Origin: Lama guanicoe
Taxonomy: Eukaryota
Assembly: GCA_013239625.1 (NCBI GenBank)
Contig: MU057202.1
Span: 2,803,101 to 2,867,100 of the forward strand
Direction of reading: 5' to 3'
Length of the DNA stretch: 64,000 nucleotides
Position numbers and translations under genes: made by a program. Shown here piece after piece: positions 48,801 to 62,208 of this stretch. The stretch's first letter is position 1, and every line of letters begins with the position of its first letter. The notes beneath the pieces are model-generated. The model did no database searches, was not told where the DNA came from, and worked only from the letters and a program-made list of their open reading frames with translations.

Positions 48801-50434
48801 TGTTTTTACAGAAGTCTGGCTTCCCCTACATTCCTCATCTGCCTGGATTTAATCACATCAGCCAAGAAAAACCTTCACAGGCAAGTCTCCCCAACGACAC
48901 TGACATGGTTCCTAGCTGGGCAGAGTCAGGTGGGCCTGGGGCGTGCTTTTTCTCCCACGCATCGGTGCCCACCTGTAAGCTCTCCACGAGGCAGGGAGTG
49001 AGTTCCCAGCCCAGACTGCCCTCCTTAGAGCTGGTCATCACTCCTGACACCCAGAGCCTTGTCTGGCCAGGGTCCTTGAGACAAAGTCTTGTCTTCAGGA
49101 AGATGCCGGAACCGGAAGACCCAGGAAGCCCTCTGAGAACAGGGGAGCACGGACACAGAGTGAAGGCAGATGCGGGGCCTGACAGCCCTGCCGGGGGGAG
49201 CGCACTCACAGGTGGTGTCTCAAGGACTTCCCAAGTGATCTGACTTCATTAAGGCTGAGAATTACCGGTCAGATGCAGGCTCCCAACATAAAGTGCATTC
49301 ATGAAGCACTAAGCTGGCGAGGCGAGTGACCCAGGGTTCACGTGGAATTTTCCCTTCAGTGATGATGGTCAGAGCTGACAGGCGCCAGGTTCTCACCAGG
49401 TGTCAGAGTGAAGCCTCCCCCCATACTGATGTGTTTAATAATGGCAGTCCGCCCACACTACCTGGATCCCTGCCTCCGCTCTGCTCAGGCAGTGTAGACC
49501 AACACCGCCAGGGGTCCGTGAGGGCAGGCACCACAGCCCCTCGTGCACCCACCTCCCGAGCCCTGAGGGTGCCCCTGCCCAGCCCCGTGGACTGTGGACA
49601 CCGATCCTGTGAGCACAGAGCCCCACGCGGCCAGTGCGAGGAGGGAGCAGGGTGGATTTCTGACATCACAGGCAGAAGCCTCGAGGACACGCCAGGGAGG
49701 GGCCGTTAGGGGCTTTCCATCTGCTCATTTCACAGCCAGCCAGCCCCAAAGTGTGCAGGGGGATGACAGTGGCAGCCCACATGGGGTTCTGGACGCAGCA
49801 ATGCAGACTCTGCCCAAATCCTGGCTCTGCTGTGGATGCGCACCGAGCTGCCTGCAGGACCAGGCTGGCGGTGCCCCTGGTGAGCCAGGGGACGTAGGGG
49901 CTGGCTTCCAAGCCCACAGCTCTGTGAGCAGTCAGATGCAGAGGCAGGCCCCGGGCCTCACCCGCGTCCCCCTCAACACATGAGACTGGGGGGATGTGTC
50001 CTCAAGGCGACCTCTTCTAATGGGGCTCTGTGGGGTCACCATCTGCAGAAGCCAAGCAGATGCCTCCCCCTGGCCTGCCGTCCACCCGCCCCGGGGAACA
50101 ATACTTCTGTTCACAAGAGACCCCCAAGAATGTTCCTGACAGCACTTCTTAGGTCCCCAGAAACGGGGACAACTCCCCTGACACACAGGATAGACGTTAC
50201 AGCACACTCACGAGGACACGGACCAGCAAACGCCTCCGTGTGGGCACCCAGCACGAGGAGAAGCCACCTCGGTAAGTGTGAGGACAGGCAATGGCACCTC
50301 CCGCCTGCGCATCAGTGCCTCTCCCGGGCAGCATGGCCCACGGACCCCGATGGAAGCCTTCACGCTCCTGCGGGCCTGCAGGCCGGCCGTCCGGAGAGGG
50401 GGCCCCACTCCGGGCACAGCAGGGCCGCACTCAC

Positions 50435-50560
50435 CTTTCCCGATCTGGATGAAGCCAAGCAGGATGATCAAGGCCAGTGCCAGGAGTTTGGCAGCAGCAA
50501 AGGCGTCCTGCACGCGGGTGGCGGCCTTCACGCTGTAACAGTTCACGGCTGTGAGCAACA
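50435..50560 (-). CDS. SLC7A5: SLC7A5 exon 2 (126 nt, [41 protein letters not shown])
   Basis: LAT1 peptide; acceptor ctgcAG, donor GTGAGT; phase continues from exon 1. Confidence 0.97.
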
Positions 50561-51599
50561 CTGCAGAGACAGGGCAGTGTGTGAGTCGCAGGGAAGCACA
50601 GGTAGGCACCCCAGCCCCCTCCCCGGGGTCTGACTTTCTGGGCTCCAGGTCCAGGGTCACAGGCTGAGAGCTGCCCCCCAGGGCCCCCAGCCCGGCACAA
50701 AGGATGAATGAATTCAACCTCCTAAGGGCCCACGGATTCATCCGGCCCTGCCCCCCACCCCGCACACCCCGCTGGATGAGCCTGTGAGGTGAGTGCTGTG
50801 CTCAGAGCAGGTTAAAGCGCAAATCGGCCGTTTGGAGGGTGACCGTGTCCCCCTGTTTGCTCCCACCCAACATTTCAGCATAACCTACAGCCCCTGCACA
50901 GGCTCCCAGCTTCTGAAGGTGGGGCCCTCTCTTCAGAGGGTCTTGGCAGAATCCCACAGAGAAAGGAGCGAGGTGCCCTGTCAGCTGGACTCCACCTGAC
51001 AGGCTGAAGGGTGGGCCCGAGGGGACAATTTTGCCTCCTGAGTTGGGGCTGACGCCCAGCATGGGGGGCCCAGCCGTGGGGGCAGAGAAGAGCACACAAG
51101 TGCCAGTCCCACCGCTGGTGTCACCACAGACACATCCAAGGGTGGGGGCGGGGGGGGCACACGCAGAGGCTGCACAACGCCCAGACACACTGGGCCCCGG
51201 GGAACAACCAGCCCAGAGCAGAGGGCGGTCAGCCAGCTGTAACACCACCGCCTCGTGAGCGCATGACAGGACACAGCTGGATTAGAGCAAAGGCGAGGGA
51301 CAGACACTCGGCACCTGCCCCTCCTACTTCTCCCTCTGCTGTCTCAGCCGAATCCCAGAGAGCACCCGGTGAGCGAGCGCTCCTGGCTGGCGCTCCGCTC
51401 CTGCAGATCCCCGCCCGGGCGCAGAGCTGGGGCCTCTTATTCTCGGAGGGCGGGCTGTCAAACATTAACCAGCGCAGCCTGGACCCACGGGAAGTGCGTT
51501 TCCCGGCAAAGCCCCGCACATGCCCGGCTTCTTGGGAGGGCTCGGTGGGCGAGAGAGTCGGGGAAGGGCTCCCGCCGGAGACAGAACCAACCCAGGGCT

Positions 51600-52710
51600 G
51601 GCAGATGCCACGTGGCCTCTTCCCCAGCTAAGTTAATCGCACGTAATTTTACAATTGGAAGGACAGGCCCCACACCAATTAACTGGATGAGACCTGTGAG
51701 CTCTGCTTGGGACCCAGGGCCTCACTGCACCCAGCCCGCCTCCACTTATCTCTTTCGAAAGTTAATTGATACCTAAATAGCACCCCCACCCCATCACTTT
51801 CTCTTGGCTGCTCTACGCTCCGGCTGATGCAACCAAAGGCCAGGCTGCGTGCGACGCTCTCAGAAAGCCCAGGCTGAGCACTGTTTTGGAATTAGTTGCT
51901 TTTGGCTGCTATTCCTAAGCTGAAATACTCAGAAGCTCCCCTGCCAGCTGCGACAGCAAAGGCCTGTGACAAAAGAGCCACAGCAGCCCTTGTTCGTGGG
52001 GACCCTGGCTGAGCTCCCTGCACTCCTAGGCGGTGGTTCTGCACCTGTCAGAGGCTGGTGGTAAAATGAGCTGCCTCGGGGTCTCGTGACAAAGCATCCG
52101 TGTCACAGCACTGAAGCCACCTCCGGCAGCAGGAGCTGAGGCCGGGCAGCACCAGGGGCCCTCACTGTGTGGCTCTGGGGTGGACACACGCTCTGTCCAG
52201 GCCCTCGGGACCGAGGGGGAGACAGCTGTCCTGGAGTAAGCACGTCAGCACAGAAGAGGAAACAGAGGCTCCAAGAAGCCCCGTGTCCGAGGTGCGGGGG
52301 GCAGACCCAGGTCTGTAGGGGCCGTCTGATGCCCCCCTCAACTGACAATGAAGGGCGGGGGAGGAGGTGAGCAGCAGAATTCCTGGAATTCCCTTCCACG
52401 TGATGGGGGCTGGGGCGCGGGGCCCTCGGAGGACAAGCCCAGCCTCCTTTCCACCACCGCCACACAGCGAGAGGGCGGCCCCGGGGCTCTCGCCGCCGGA
52501 CAGTCTCACATTCCCTGCCTGGGGAGCGACAGCCAGAGGGCGAGACCTGCTTTCCGGATGCGGCAAGAAGCGGGCGGATTGCATCACTTCTCCATTCATG
52601 CCCTGAGGGCGGGAGGGGCTGTGGCTGGTCTACACACCAGGAGGCAGCTCTTCCCGCCACTGCCCGCCCAGCGCAGCGGGGCTGCTGTCACCGCTGACGA
52701 CTCATCAGCC
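51600..52710. promoter_or_regulatory. Putative intron-1 enhancer with C/EBP-ATF (ATF4) elements, E-boxes and HRE/XRE cores
   Basis: TGATGCAA 51825-51832, ATTGCATCA 52578-52586, CCACGTGG 51608-51615, CACGTA 51640-51645, TGCGTG 51846-51851, CACGTG 52397-52402. Confidence 0.55.
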
Positions 52711-55700
52711 CATGTGCAGTCCCCACCCCAGCGGAAGCAGGGGCACCTCTCCCTGCCTCACAGATGAGAGCTCTGAGGCTCCAGGAACGGGGGGGTGGCT
52801 GGCCCAGCGCCCCCAGCAGCAGGGCTGTCCTGCTGTGGTGGTCGGTGGGGCGGGACCGAGGCCCGGGGCCCCTCCTCCAGTGCCCCCAGGCCCTCCTTCA
52901 GGAAGAAGGGGCTCCACCCAGTCCTGAGGTGCCGGCTCAGCAGGAGTCAGAGCCCCAGTCCAGTCCCAGGTCGTGGACTGCGAGGCTGGCTGGCTGGCAC
53001 AGTAGGGAGGGAAATGGGCCAGATCACAGCATAAAGGGGACTTTGTAACTTCCATTTCCTTCATAGAAAGAACCACAATACACGACGAAGCTTCAACGCT
53101 CACTGACTTCAGCCGACAGCTAAACAAACGCTCTGCTGTTCTCCACAGCGTCCTTTCTGAAAACTCCAAGATGAAACAGAATCAAGTAAATAAGCAGATT
53201 CACCAGGACCCGTGTCTCTGGGCCCTAACAGGAGCTGGGCTAGGAGGTGGCCGGGGGCTGCGCCTGCTCTCAGCTGTTGCGCTCCATCCCCAGGACAGGG
53301 CCCTAGCTCTCCCGCAGGGGCTGGAGGGGCAGGGTGTGACCAGGGCCTCACTGCTGACCACGGGCGGAGCGGGGCTGGCCCAGGAGCTCAGTGACGCACG
53401 GGGGTCCCCCATCTGTTGCTTTTCAGAACCCCCATGCTAGCGCCTCTGGGACCCTCTCTGACCCTGAGCGTGGGGTGGCCTGCAGGGACGGGACGCTGAC
53501 GGGATTCCGCCCACCAGAGTGACTTAGGACAGCCTCTCACTCTCTCAGCTTCCCTACCAGCTGTGCCAGGAGGACGTACCAAAGGGAGGGGTGCTCCCCA
53601 GCCTCGGGGAGGGTGCTTATCCGAGCAGCACCTACAGCTCCCTCCCCAGGCCTCTGGCCCAGTTATCTGAACCTCCAGGCCCCCAGGTGTCCACCTCCTG
53701 ATAACCCTTTCAGCTGCGGGTCCGCCCCCAGGCTTGACCGCTCCAGGGCAGGACACCGTGGTCCTGTGGGCTCCAGTAAGTGCCATGCGGGTGGCGGGCT
53801 GTCTCACTCACAAGGGAGGGCTGGAAATGCAGGGCAGCCTGTTTTCATTTAAAAACACCAAAACAGAGCACACAACACACCAAAATCCATTTCCCTCCGC
53901 AACAGAGGGTCAAACCCTGATGGGATTTACCGGCCCGGTGACCAGCGCTGCACTCCCCTGGGTGTTACGGGTGCAGAAAGGGCTACATGTGAGCTCCTGC
54001 TGCGTATGTGAGCTCACTCCCTCGCCCAGGGCCCTGGGCACTCCTGCCATGCCCTCCTCACAGGCGCCCTCACTGCTGACCGCTCTGCTCACTCCAGGGC
54101 ACACACATCAGAGCAAGGTGACGAACAAGCCCAGTGGAGTCATCTGGAAACACAGCATCCGGGGGCCAGCTGGCCAGAGACGCTGTCCACTGTCCCCGTG
54201 TGCGGGGCTGTAACCGTGGACCCGCCCTCCTCCCTGGCCCAGGGCTTGATGGGGACCATCCCTCTCCCAGGATGGGGGGGGGCAGGAGTCACTTGGGTTT
54301 GATGCAGGGCCCCCAGGTCAGAGCCCCAGAGCTGAGAGCCTCGCTGCTGATGAGCTGCTGGTGGGCTCCTCACATGAGCCTGTGAAAAAGGTCCTTTTTG
54401 CACGTGGTTCTAGGGCACTTGATAAAGCGGGTCAATACTTGAGGCAAAGCAGATCAGAGGCCCGGGGTAACAGTCGCCCCACACAGGTGGGAGGAGTCGA
54501 GACACCAGGCAAATGACCCCCGCTTTGCCCGCAGCTCTGCCAACAGGGCCCCGAGATGGGACAGGAAGTGGCTGCCGGCTGCAAGGGTTCCAGGAAGCTC
54601 GGCCAACCTGGGTGCCCGGGAAGCACTGGTACTGGGCCAGAGAGCAGCATCCGACCTCGTGACCGAGGCTGGACAAGCCCTGGGCCCAGGCAGCCAGTCT
54701 GCCTGCTGACCTGGAGCCTGAATATCTGTCCAACACAGCGGCACTCACTGGGCACTGGGACCCGGAGCCCTGGCTGCCAGTGGGCTGGGGCTCCTGGACT
54801 GCGGCCAGTGACCACAGGCTTGCGTGGCCCAGGTGGCCAGGAGAGCGGCCAGCAGCGGGGCTGACCACTGGACAGGCATCCTGTCGCTCTGGCTTCTTGT
54901 CCTGCCTTTGCCTTGTAGTCCAAACCCACCCGGGCACATGGGGGCCCTCCTCCCTCCCTGCACACCCAGATGTCCTCTGGGCTTGGCGGGTCCCCTTCCA
55001 CCCCAGGTCCAACTCCCCCTCCCAGTATTTCTTCACTTCCTGCCCTGACTCTCATCCCTCCTAGTAACAGACAGGGGCCCCCATTCGGGGTGTATCAGAG
55101 TCCTGGGGGACCTCGTAAAACAGGTCTCCCCATCCCTGGGGTCTGATGGGGGCAGCCTGGGCGGGGCCGAGAACCTGCCATCTGACATGGTCAGGGATGA
55201 TGTTGCTGCAGGTTCGAGGACCCATATGGAGAACCAAAGGTGACTTCACGACAGCTGATTCACCTTTACTGACTCCAAGAAAGTGAATGAACATGACCCC
55301 ACCACAACCCAAGCACCTGAGGAGGGCCAGCCTCCCTTCCAGACGTGCTCAAAGGCGGAGCCCACTCAGGGGGACAGCCCAGCTCCGGGCCTCCCACCAC
55401 CCCACTGCCGGCCACTCAAGATTGGAGCCTTCAAAGGGTCTGGAAAACTGAGAGAAAATGAAGGAATTCCCCAGGGCGGGGGCTGCTCAGATGGGACCCA
55501 GGGCTCCAGTTCTGGTGCTGGATCTCTGCCACAGCCGGATATGACACCTCGGTCCAGTGGGGAACACTGCCCCCCAAGTACCCACACCTGTTGAGGCCCT
55601 GGTTTCCTGCAAAAAGAATTACTAACACGCTGTGTCACCTTTTCAAATGTGACCAGCCCTGGAACATGTGTTTCATGTTTTCCATTTTTAACCCAGGCTG

Positions 55701-56739
55701 GGTGACGCCCAGCCATACAGAGTTCCCCGCCATTCGGTAGTGGAGGTGTCCGTGAGCATCTCGAACGGGGCTGACACTTTATTTCAAAATATGCCAGTAA
55801 GAGGCAGATTCAGTCAACTCTGAGATGTGCTGACCTGTGAGCCCTGCAGTAAGCAGGGAACCCCACAAGCAGCCATATCTCGCTTTTGTGGGTTCTTCCA
55901 AAGCAGAGCCCTGCAAAACATGGAGGTTCCCAAAGCACCCCCAGCCCTGGCCCCGACAACAGCCAGGATGAACAGGAAGGGAGCCTCCCCAACAAAGTCA
56001 GCCCCAGTTCCTGACATGCTGTGTGACCTTGGGCAGGTTGCTGAGTGAGTCTGAGCATCTGTTTCCTCATCAGCTAAAGAGGAATACTACGGCAGGCCCG
56101 GTGGGTGAATTTTAACATGCAAACACACTGCCTGGCATACCTCCAGGTTACTAATCCCAGGGATCACTGACGAGTGAAGACCTGCAGAGGACAGCAGGGG
56201 TGCATGTGCAGGGGACTCCGTGGTCAGTCCCACCCTGGCTCTTACCTCTGGGGCCTGGAAGCTCCCACCCCGCCCAAACCTGCTGCAGCTGCAGCACCTC
56301 AGGGAGAGGACACTGCAGCATCCACCCAGCACCTTCATTGGTTAGCTAGCGGTCAATGGAGCTCAGAGAGGTTATCTGACTTGCCAAAAGTCACACAGCT
56401 GTAACCAGGGGAGTGGGGTGAGGATCCCCCGGCCTCCTAAGTCCCACTCCTGTGCTCTGGCTACTGGACTGGGGTCCTCAACCCTGGCTGCCCGTGACAG
56501 TCTCCACCCCTGCTCCCCTGACACACGATGGGCTCCCACTTTGCTGGGTCGGGGCAGGGGGCTGGGCATCAGTGTTCCCAACTGGGTGGCTGGAGGTGCA
56601 GCCAGGGTGGAGACCCGCCATGAACACACAAGTCTACTGACGCCCTTGGAGTCGGGGAGACGGACAGGTGGGGGCGTGGCCCCAAGCAGGTTCAGACCCG
56701 AGTCTGCAGCAGGCTCTCACGTTGGCGGGGCCCTTGGAC

Positions 56740-57025
56740 CCTCCCGTATGACTGGGGGACACTCATGATGCCCCTGTTCACCTGTGACCAGGACAGAAGC
56801 CGACCCTCAAGTTCTCCCTGTGCCACAGCAACGGGGAGCTGACCTGCTAGTCCACACCAACCCAGAGAACAAAATGTTCGTTACCCAGACTCTGGGGAGC
56901 GTCCCTCCTCGTCCGGACCCTGAACTCGGCCCCCTTAGCCCGAGCTGACAGCCCCGGAACAGGCCTTCCCTCCCGACTGCCTCTTCCGGCCGCCCCCACC
57001 CCACACCCAGCTTTGCCCTTTCCTT
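56740..57025 (+). mobile_element. LTR-like repeat, copy B (SLC7A5 intron 1)
   Basis: Aligns by eye to 29111-29395 along its whole length. Confidence 0.55.
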
Positions 57026-60000
57026 CGGCTCTGAGGGGCCTGACACGATGGCCTGTCATACGTGTTTGCGACCACATAGGATGACCAGACGAGGTGGCTC
57101 CAGCCAGGCCCCTCCAGCTGCCGCTGCCGCGGCATACCCACAGCCTCTTCCCTGCACCCGGTGGGGCCGCAGCTTCACTGTCCCCTCGCCAGGCACACCT
57201 GCTCTGTCATGTTCCTCCCTGGACAGTCCATCTGGCACTAGGCCCCCACCGTGATGGGACAGCCAACTCTCACTCCCTCTGAAGGCACAACCTGCCCACC
57301 CCTGCCCTGCCCCAGGCTCTGAAACACAGGCCCAGAGAGGCCCAGCTCCCAGCCCTGGGCCACGCAGCCAGAGAGAGCGCCAGGCCCCAACAGGTCTCCT
57401 GCAGCAGCCCTGGGCCTCCCAGCTGACTGAGGCTCACATGGGGCCCTAGGTGGGGGCCAGGTGAACACAAAGCCCCACAGCCTGCGTCCGCGCCGAGGGC
57501 TGGGTCCCACAACAGCCTCGGGCAGCTCATGTGGACAGGGTCTACATGCTGGGCTGGTCACGGGTCACAGTCTCCGGACAGTAGCTCCAGTTCTGTACTC
57601 CTACACTCGGGGCAGCTCACGGATGATTGGGTTGTCAGCCAGCAACCAAGGTCAGGGTGACTCAAAGTGCGGACTGGGTTGCCTGCATCACACAGGAGGC
57701 TTCAGAGCGGGCGAATCCCAGGGGGGAGGGGTGGGCGCAGCCAGGGAAATGCCCCCGCCTGAAGGCAGGTCTGGGTGGACAGGTGTGGAGGAGGGAGACA
57801 CCCCTTCCCACGGCAGAGGAGTACAGGAAGGCCACCTGGGACTGCCCACCTGCACAAGCAAGAGCTCAGGATCCTGCCAGGATGCAGATGGGACCCCAAC
57901 CATCAGAGCCAAGAAGCTGCCGGCCTGGGTAGCATTCAGCTGGTGGGAACAGAATGGGGCAAGGCCTAGGGGTGGGGAAAGGTGTGCTCTGGGCAGCTCC
58001 CCTAGCCTACAATCCAGACAAGGGCGTGGGAAGGTCACACCGCCTGGGGGTGTGAGCACATAACCTGCCCTGTCCCCGGCACCCGCTGTGAGTCGCGGAA
58101 GGAGGGGACGGGAACTGGAGGCCAGCTTGGGCACAGGACAGGGCCCTGGGTAGCTGGGACCCACGGGGCAGCTGTCTGCCGCCACCCCCACACCTGCCCC
58201 CACTCTGGAAGCTCATTTGCAAAGTGAAGGTTCTGAGAGAAGATGGACGCTTTCTTAGGTGGCTCTCTGTAAGGGGTCTGACTCCCCACAGTTGGGGGTG
58301 AGAGGTGGGCAGCATTTCCCAGGGAGACTCCAGGACACGCACAAACCTCACGTCCAGGAAGTGCTTGCCCTCAGCGACCAGGTGCCTGGACGTGGTAACC
58401 GACACTGTGGCAGACCCCTGGCACCTGCCACCCTCGCCAAGACAAAGACGGCTCAGGTGGAAGAGGGCACACAGCTGCGGCTCCCACCCACCACTGCCTT
58501 GGTCTCCCTGGCTGTAACCTGGGGGATGCTGACACCGATTTCAAAGGCTGGGCAGTTTCTGACGGGGCCATGCTCTCAGGGGGCAGGGGTGGCTTCCAAC
58601 CCGGCTGGGACTGTGGGCGTCCGGGAACCTCGTGACTACGAGTTTGGATTGGGTATGCCGGGCGCACATTCCATGGGATTATCAAAGGGGTCCATGACCC
58701 AGGGGAAACCGGCCAGAGACGCCCACCCAGCATCTCCCGCCTCCCTTGGGTCTCGCGCCCTGTGAAGTCCCTGCCGGGCCCCAGCCTGTCCCGTGACTTG
58801 GGGCTGGAGCGCTTTCATGTCTGGCTGGGAAAGTCAGATTTCAGTGCTAATTACCAGGCTGCCGTCTGCACTCAGCTCACAGCTCCCGATGCTGGGGTGG
58901 CCAGCTCCTTGGAAACACCTAGAGGCCTTTGCTTCACGTGGCAAGGGGCTGACGCCAAGCGGCTGGCAGACGTCCAGACACACTGAACCGGCAGTTGTAT
59001 GCAGGCCTCGCTGTGACAGGGGACACAGCGGTGAGCACATCGCATAGGATGGGGCCACACCATCAGGACAGAGTCACAGGGAGGGGCTGGGGGAGGGAAG
59101 TCATGCTGCCATGGCCTCCCCTCTCCTCCGGGTCATCACCCCAACTGACTGACCTACCCTGGGGTCAGCTGGCCATGACTCACCCACAGCCACAAAACCC
59201 ATGCCTGATCTGCACCCTTCCTTGTAGAAGGACAGGCGTGTCCCCAGCCCCAGGAGGTGCCGACACCCTGCCCCATCCCCACCAGGCAGGGCCACAGGCT
59301 GACACCTGTGCGATGGGCAGCTCCGCTCGGCCCCTGCCCCACAGGGAACTGCTGGCCTTCCCTCCCCTTCACCTCTTCCCTTCCTTCTTTCTGCTAAGAC
59401 TGATGGGTGACATGCATGACAACTAGGGGGTGCAGGTGGCTGTCCTATCCAGTGGGAGGGAGAGGAGGGGGCGCCCAGAGGTCTGCAGCCACCTCCCTGA
59501 CACCTGCGTGCCCTGGACAAGAGGGACCACAGCTCAGACAGGCTGAGTCAGCAGAGGGACGGGGGTTCAGGCTCTCCCTTCTTCTAGGAGATTCTCCCGT
59601 GAGATCAAGGACCCGTTAGGGCACAGCTGGGTTTCTGAACCACGGTGGGTCCATGCTCCCTGTGTGCTCCTGCCTCCGGCCTCTCCAGATGCCACCATTC
59701 CCATCTCAGAGAGAGCGGCCAGGGAGGCTGGAAAAACTGGGGATGAAAACCTGGCCCAGGAATAATCTCAGCTCACCTGAGCGACTTCTCCGCAAAGATA
59801 AAACCCGTGTCACCTGAATCTCAAACAAACGCCACCAAGTTTTCACTAAGCTGTAAGTAACCCACGTAAGCTGGGTCTCATACCAGTCTCCCAGCGCCAG
59901 CAAGCCTAGCGTCTCTCACCTTCATGACTCGTTACAGACAAAAACACCAGGGCCACACACGGAGGGCCCCATTTTGTCACTTCTATGTCAGACCTACCAG

Positions 60001-62208
60001 AAAAGGGATTCCCCCCCACCCCATTTACCCTGTCAGCAGGATCATTTCAAGCACCAAAGCCAACTGGCATCACAAGGAGCAGAGGGGCACCCAGAGGACT
60101 GAAAAGATCAACCTGCGAAAATGAGAACTTGGCTCTAGAACCCCCGCCCACCGCTGGAAAGAGCGGCCACGTGGCCATTCACGACCCACTGCACGGCTGC
60201 CAGGCTGGAGTGCAGACCCCGAAAACAGCCCGGGGCCCCAGGCACATGCCCGTTGTAAGGAGGGGCTGCGGACACAGGCAGTGCACAGGGCCCTTTCTCC
60301 TGTGAGGGAGAAGTTCTAGAACCTGGCCTGTGTGCAACAAGCAAATGACACTCAGAAACTTTCCGTGGCCCTTCACAGCCTTCTCAGATTCCCCCAGGGG
60401 TAGGTCCCTTCCTGGGAAGTCCAGACTTCTCTGTGCACGAGTGTGAGCTGCCGGTGCCCAGCTCTGAGTTCTGCTGGCCTTGGACAAGTCAGACCACGCA
60501 CTTACCCCTGCAGACAGCATATTCCTTTCTGTTACCGAAAGTTTCTTTTCATGGGAAAAAGCAACTCGCACACACACAACACACTCACATGGGTGCTTCA
60601 GAGGAAAAGAGCTCCAAATGGCCGATGGACACATGAAGCCCGTCACCCTAGCTCACACCAAAAGGGGTGCTGTTCACGTGACCCTTGTGACTTAGTAGCC
60701 AAGGCCCCTCCAGAACCCACCCCGACGCTTTACCTGCTTAAACCCCAAAGTTTTAGAAAGTAAGGGGTCCATTTTTAAAGACTAAAGAGCAGGCCCTTTA
60801 AAGATAGTGTTGTGTCATTACATCCTGGGTGGGAACATTAAATCGGATCTAGCCACGGTGAAGATCAGACATTAAAATCATCCTAATAACAAAAGCCAAC
60901 AAAGAGGGACTTTTTCTTACTTAGTCTAAAAGCATCACCTCAAGAGCCCACCAGGTTCCCCTGTCCTCAGGCAGGTTGAGAATTGCTTTGACTGTTCCTA
61001 GATTTGGATCAAAAATTTTTTCAAGCCGAAATCCTCTTCGCCGAGACTCCCCCAAAAGGCAAAATGTCCCCCTTCCCAGGCGTGACTGCTCTGTCACAGT
61101 CCCAGGAGCATGTGATCTCAGGCCTCTTGGAGTCACCGCTTTCTGGAGTGTGCCTTGGAGCTCTGAAAGACCCCCGCTCTGGCCCCCATCACCGCCACGC
61201 AGTGAGCTTCTGTGGGAAGCTTGCCCGCTCGCTCCAGAATCCCAAAAGCACCAGCACGCACTGCTGGGCAGAAGCCACTCCAGGTCACAGGCCCTGCGTC
61301 TCGGGCTCCCACCGGAGAAACCACACACCAGCCCTGCCAGCTCTGCACATCTGTGCACCATCAGGGTTTGGGCAGAGCCGCAAATCAGGTGGCAGCTCTG
61401 AAAGCAGGGCACGTCCGTCTTGCAAGCCTCCTTAGAGGCGGGCCAGGGGGTAGGTGTAAAACTGCCACAGCCAAGAAACCAAGAAAAGATAAGAAAATTC
61501 CGTGGCTTTTCATGCAGGTGCTGTTACTTCTTCTTTTCTGAAATCCCAGGAGAAAACAGCCCACTAACATACTGGGACCTCATCCACCAACATACTGGGA
61601 CCCTGTCCAACATTGGGACTCTGGCCAATGGCTGTTCTTCAGCACAACTTGGGACCCCCAAACCCACACATTTAAGCTGCAGCTGAGCCCCCTTTACTCT
61701 CAGAGAGCAGGCAGCCTTCAGGAACTAAGCACTGCCGCCTGAACCAGCAACGTTCATTCAGCCACCCACACAGACTTTATTACTACTGGTTTTGTATGAG
61801 TCAGCCTTTCCTGATAAGCTGATTTAAATGCTTTTTTTAAAATGCAATTTCTTTCTCTTGACAAATTGTAAGCATTTGGGAAGTCAGACAGGAAACATGC
61901 TTTCAGACGCTCCACGTGGGAGCCTTTGCAAGAAGGCAGGGGTATTGCTCACTTCAACGGCTCTGGACGGACTGAGTGGGAAGCCGAGTTCCGGCCAGGG
62001 ACTGGGGCGGGGACTCTGCTGTCTGTCTCACTGCGGATTTCCCAAAGTGATGTGGAAACGAATGAATGAAACGCACGTGGCCTTAGTCTAGAACAGCGGC
62101 GACGCCCGGGGAAGCCGGACGTTGGGGACAGCCGGAGACGGCCGGAGACGGTCCTGGAGGACTGCGCCCCCCGCCCCGCCACCGCCGGGTCCCGGGGCCA
62201 GTACTCAC

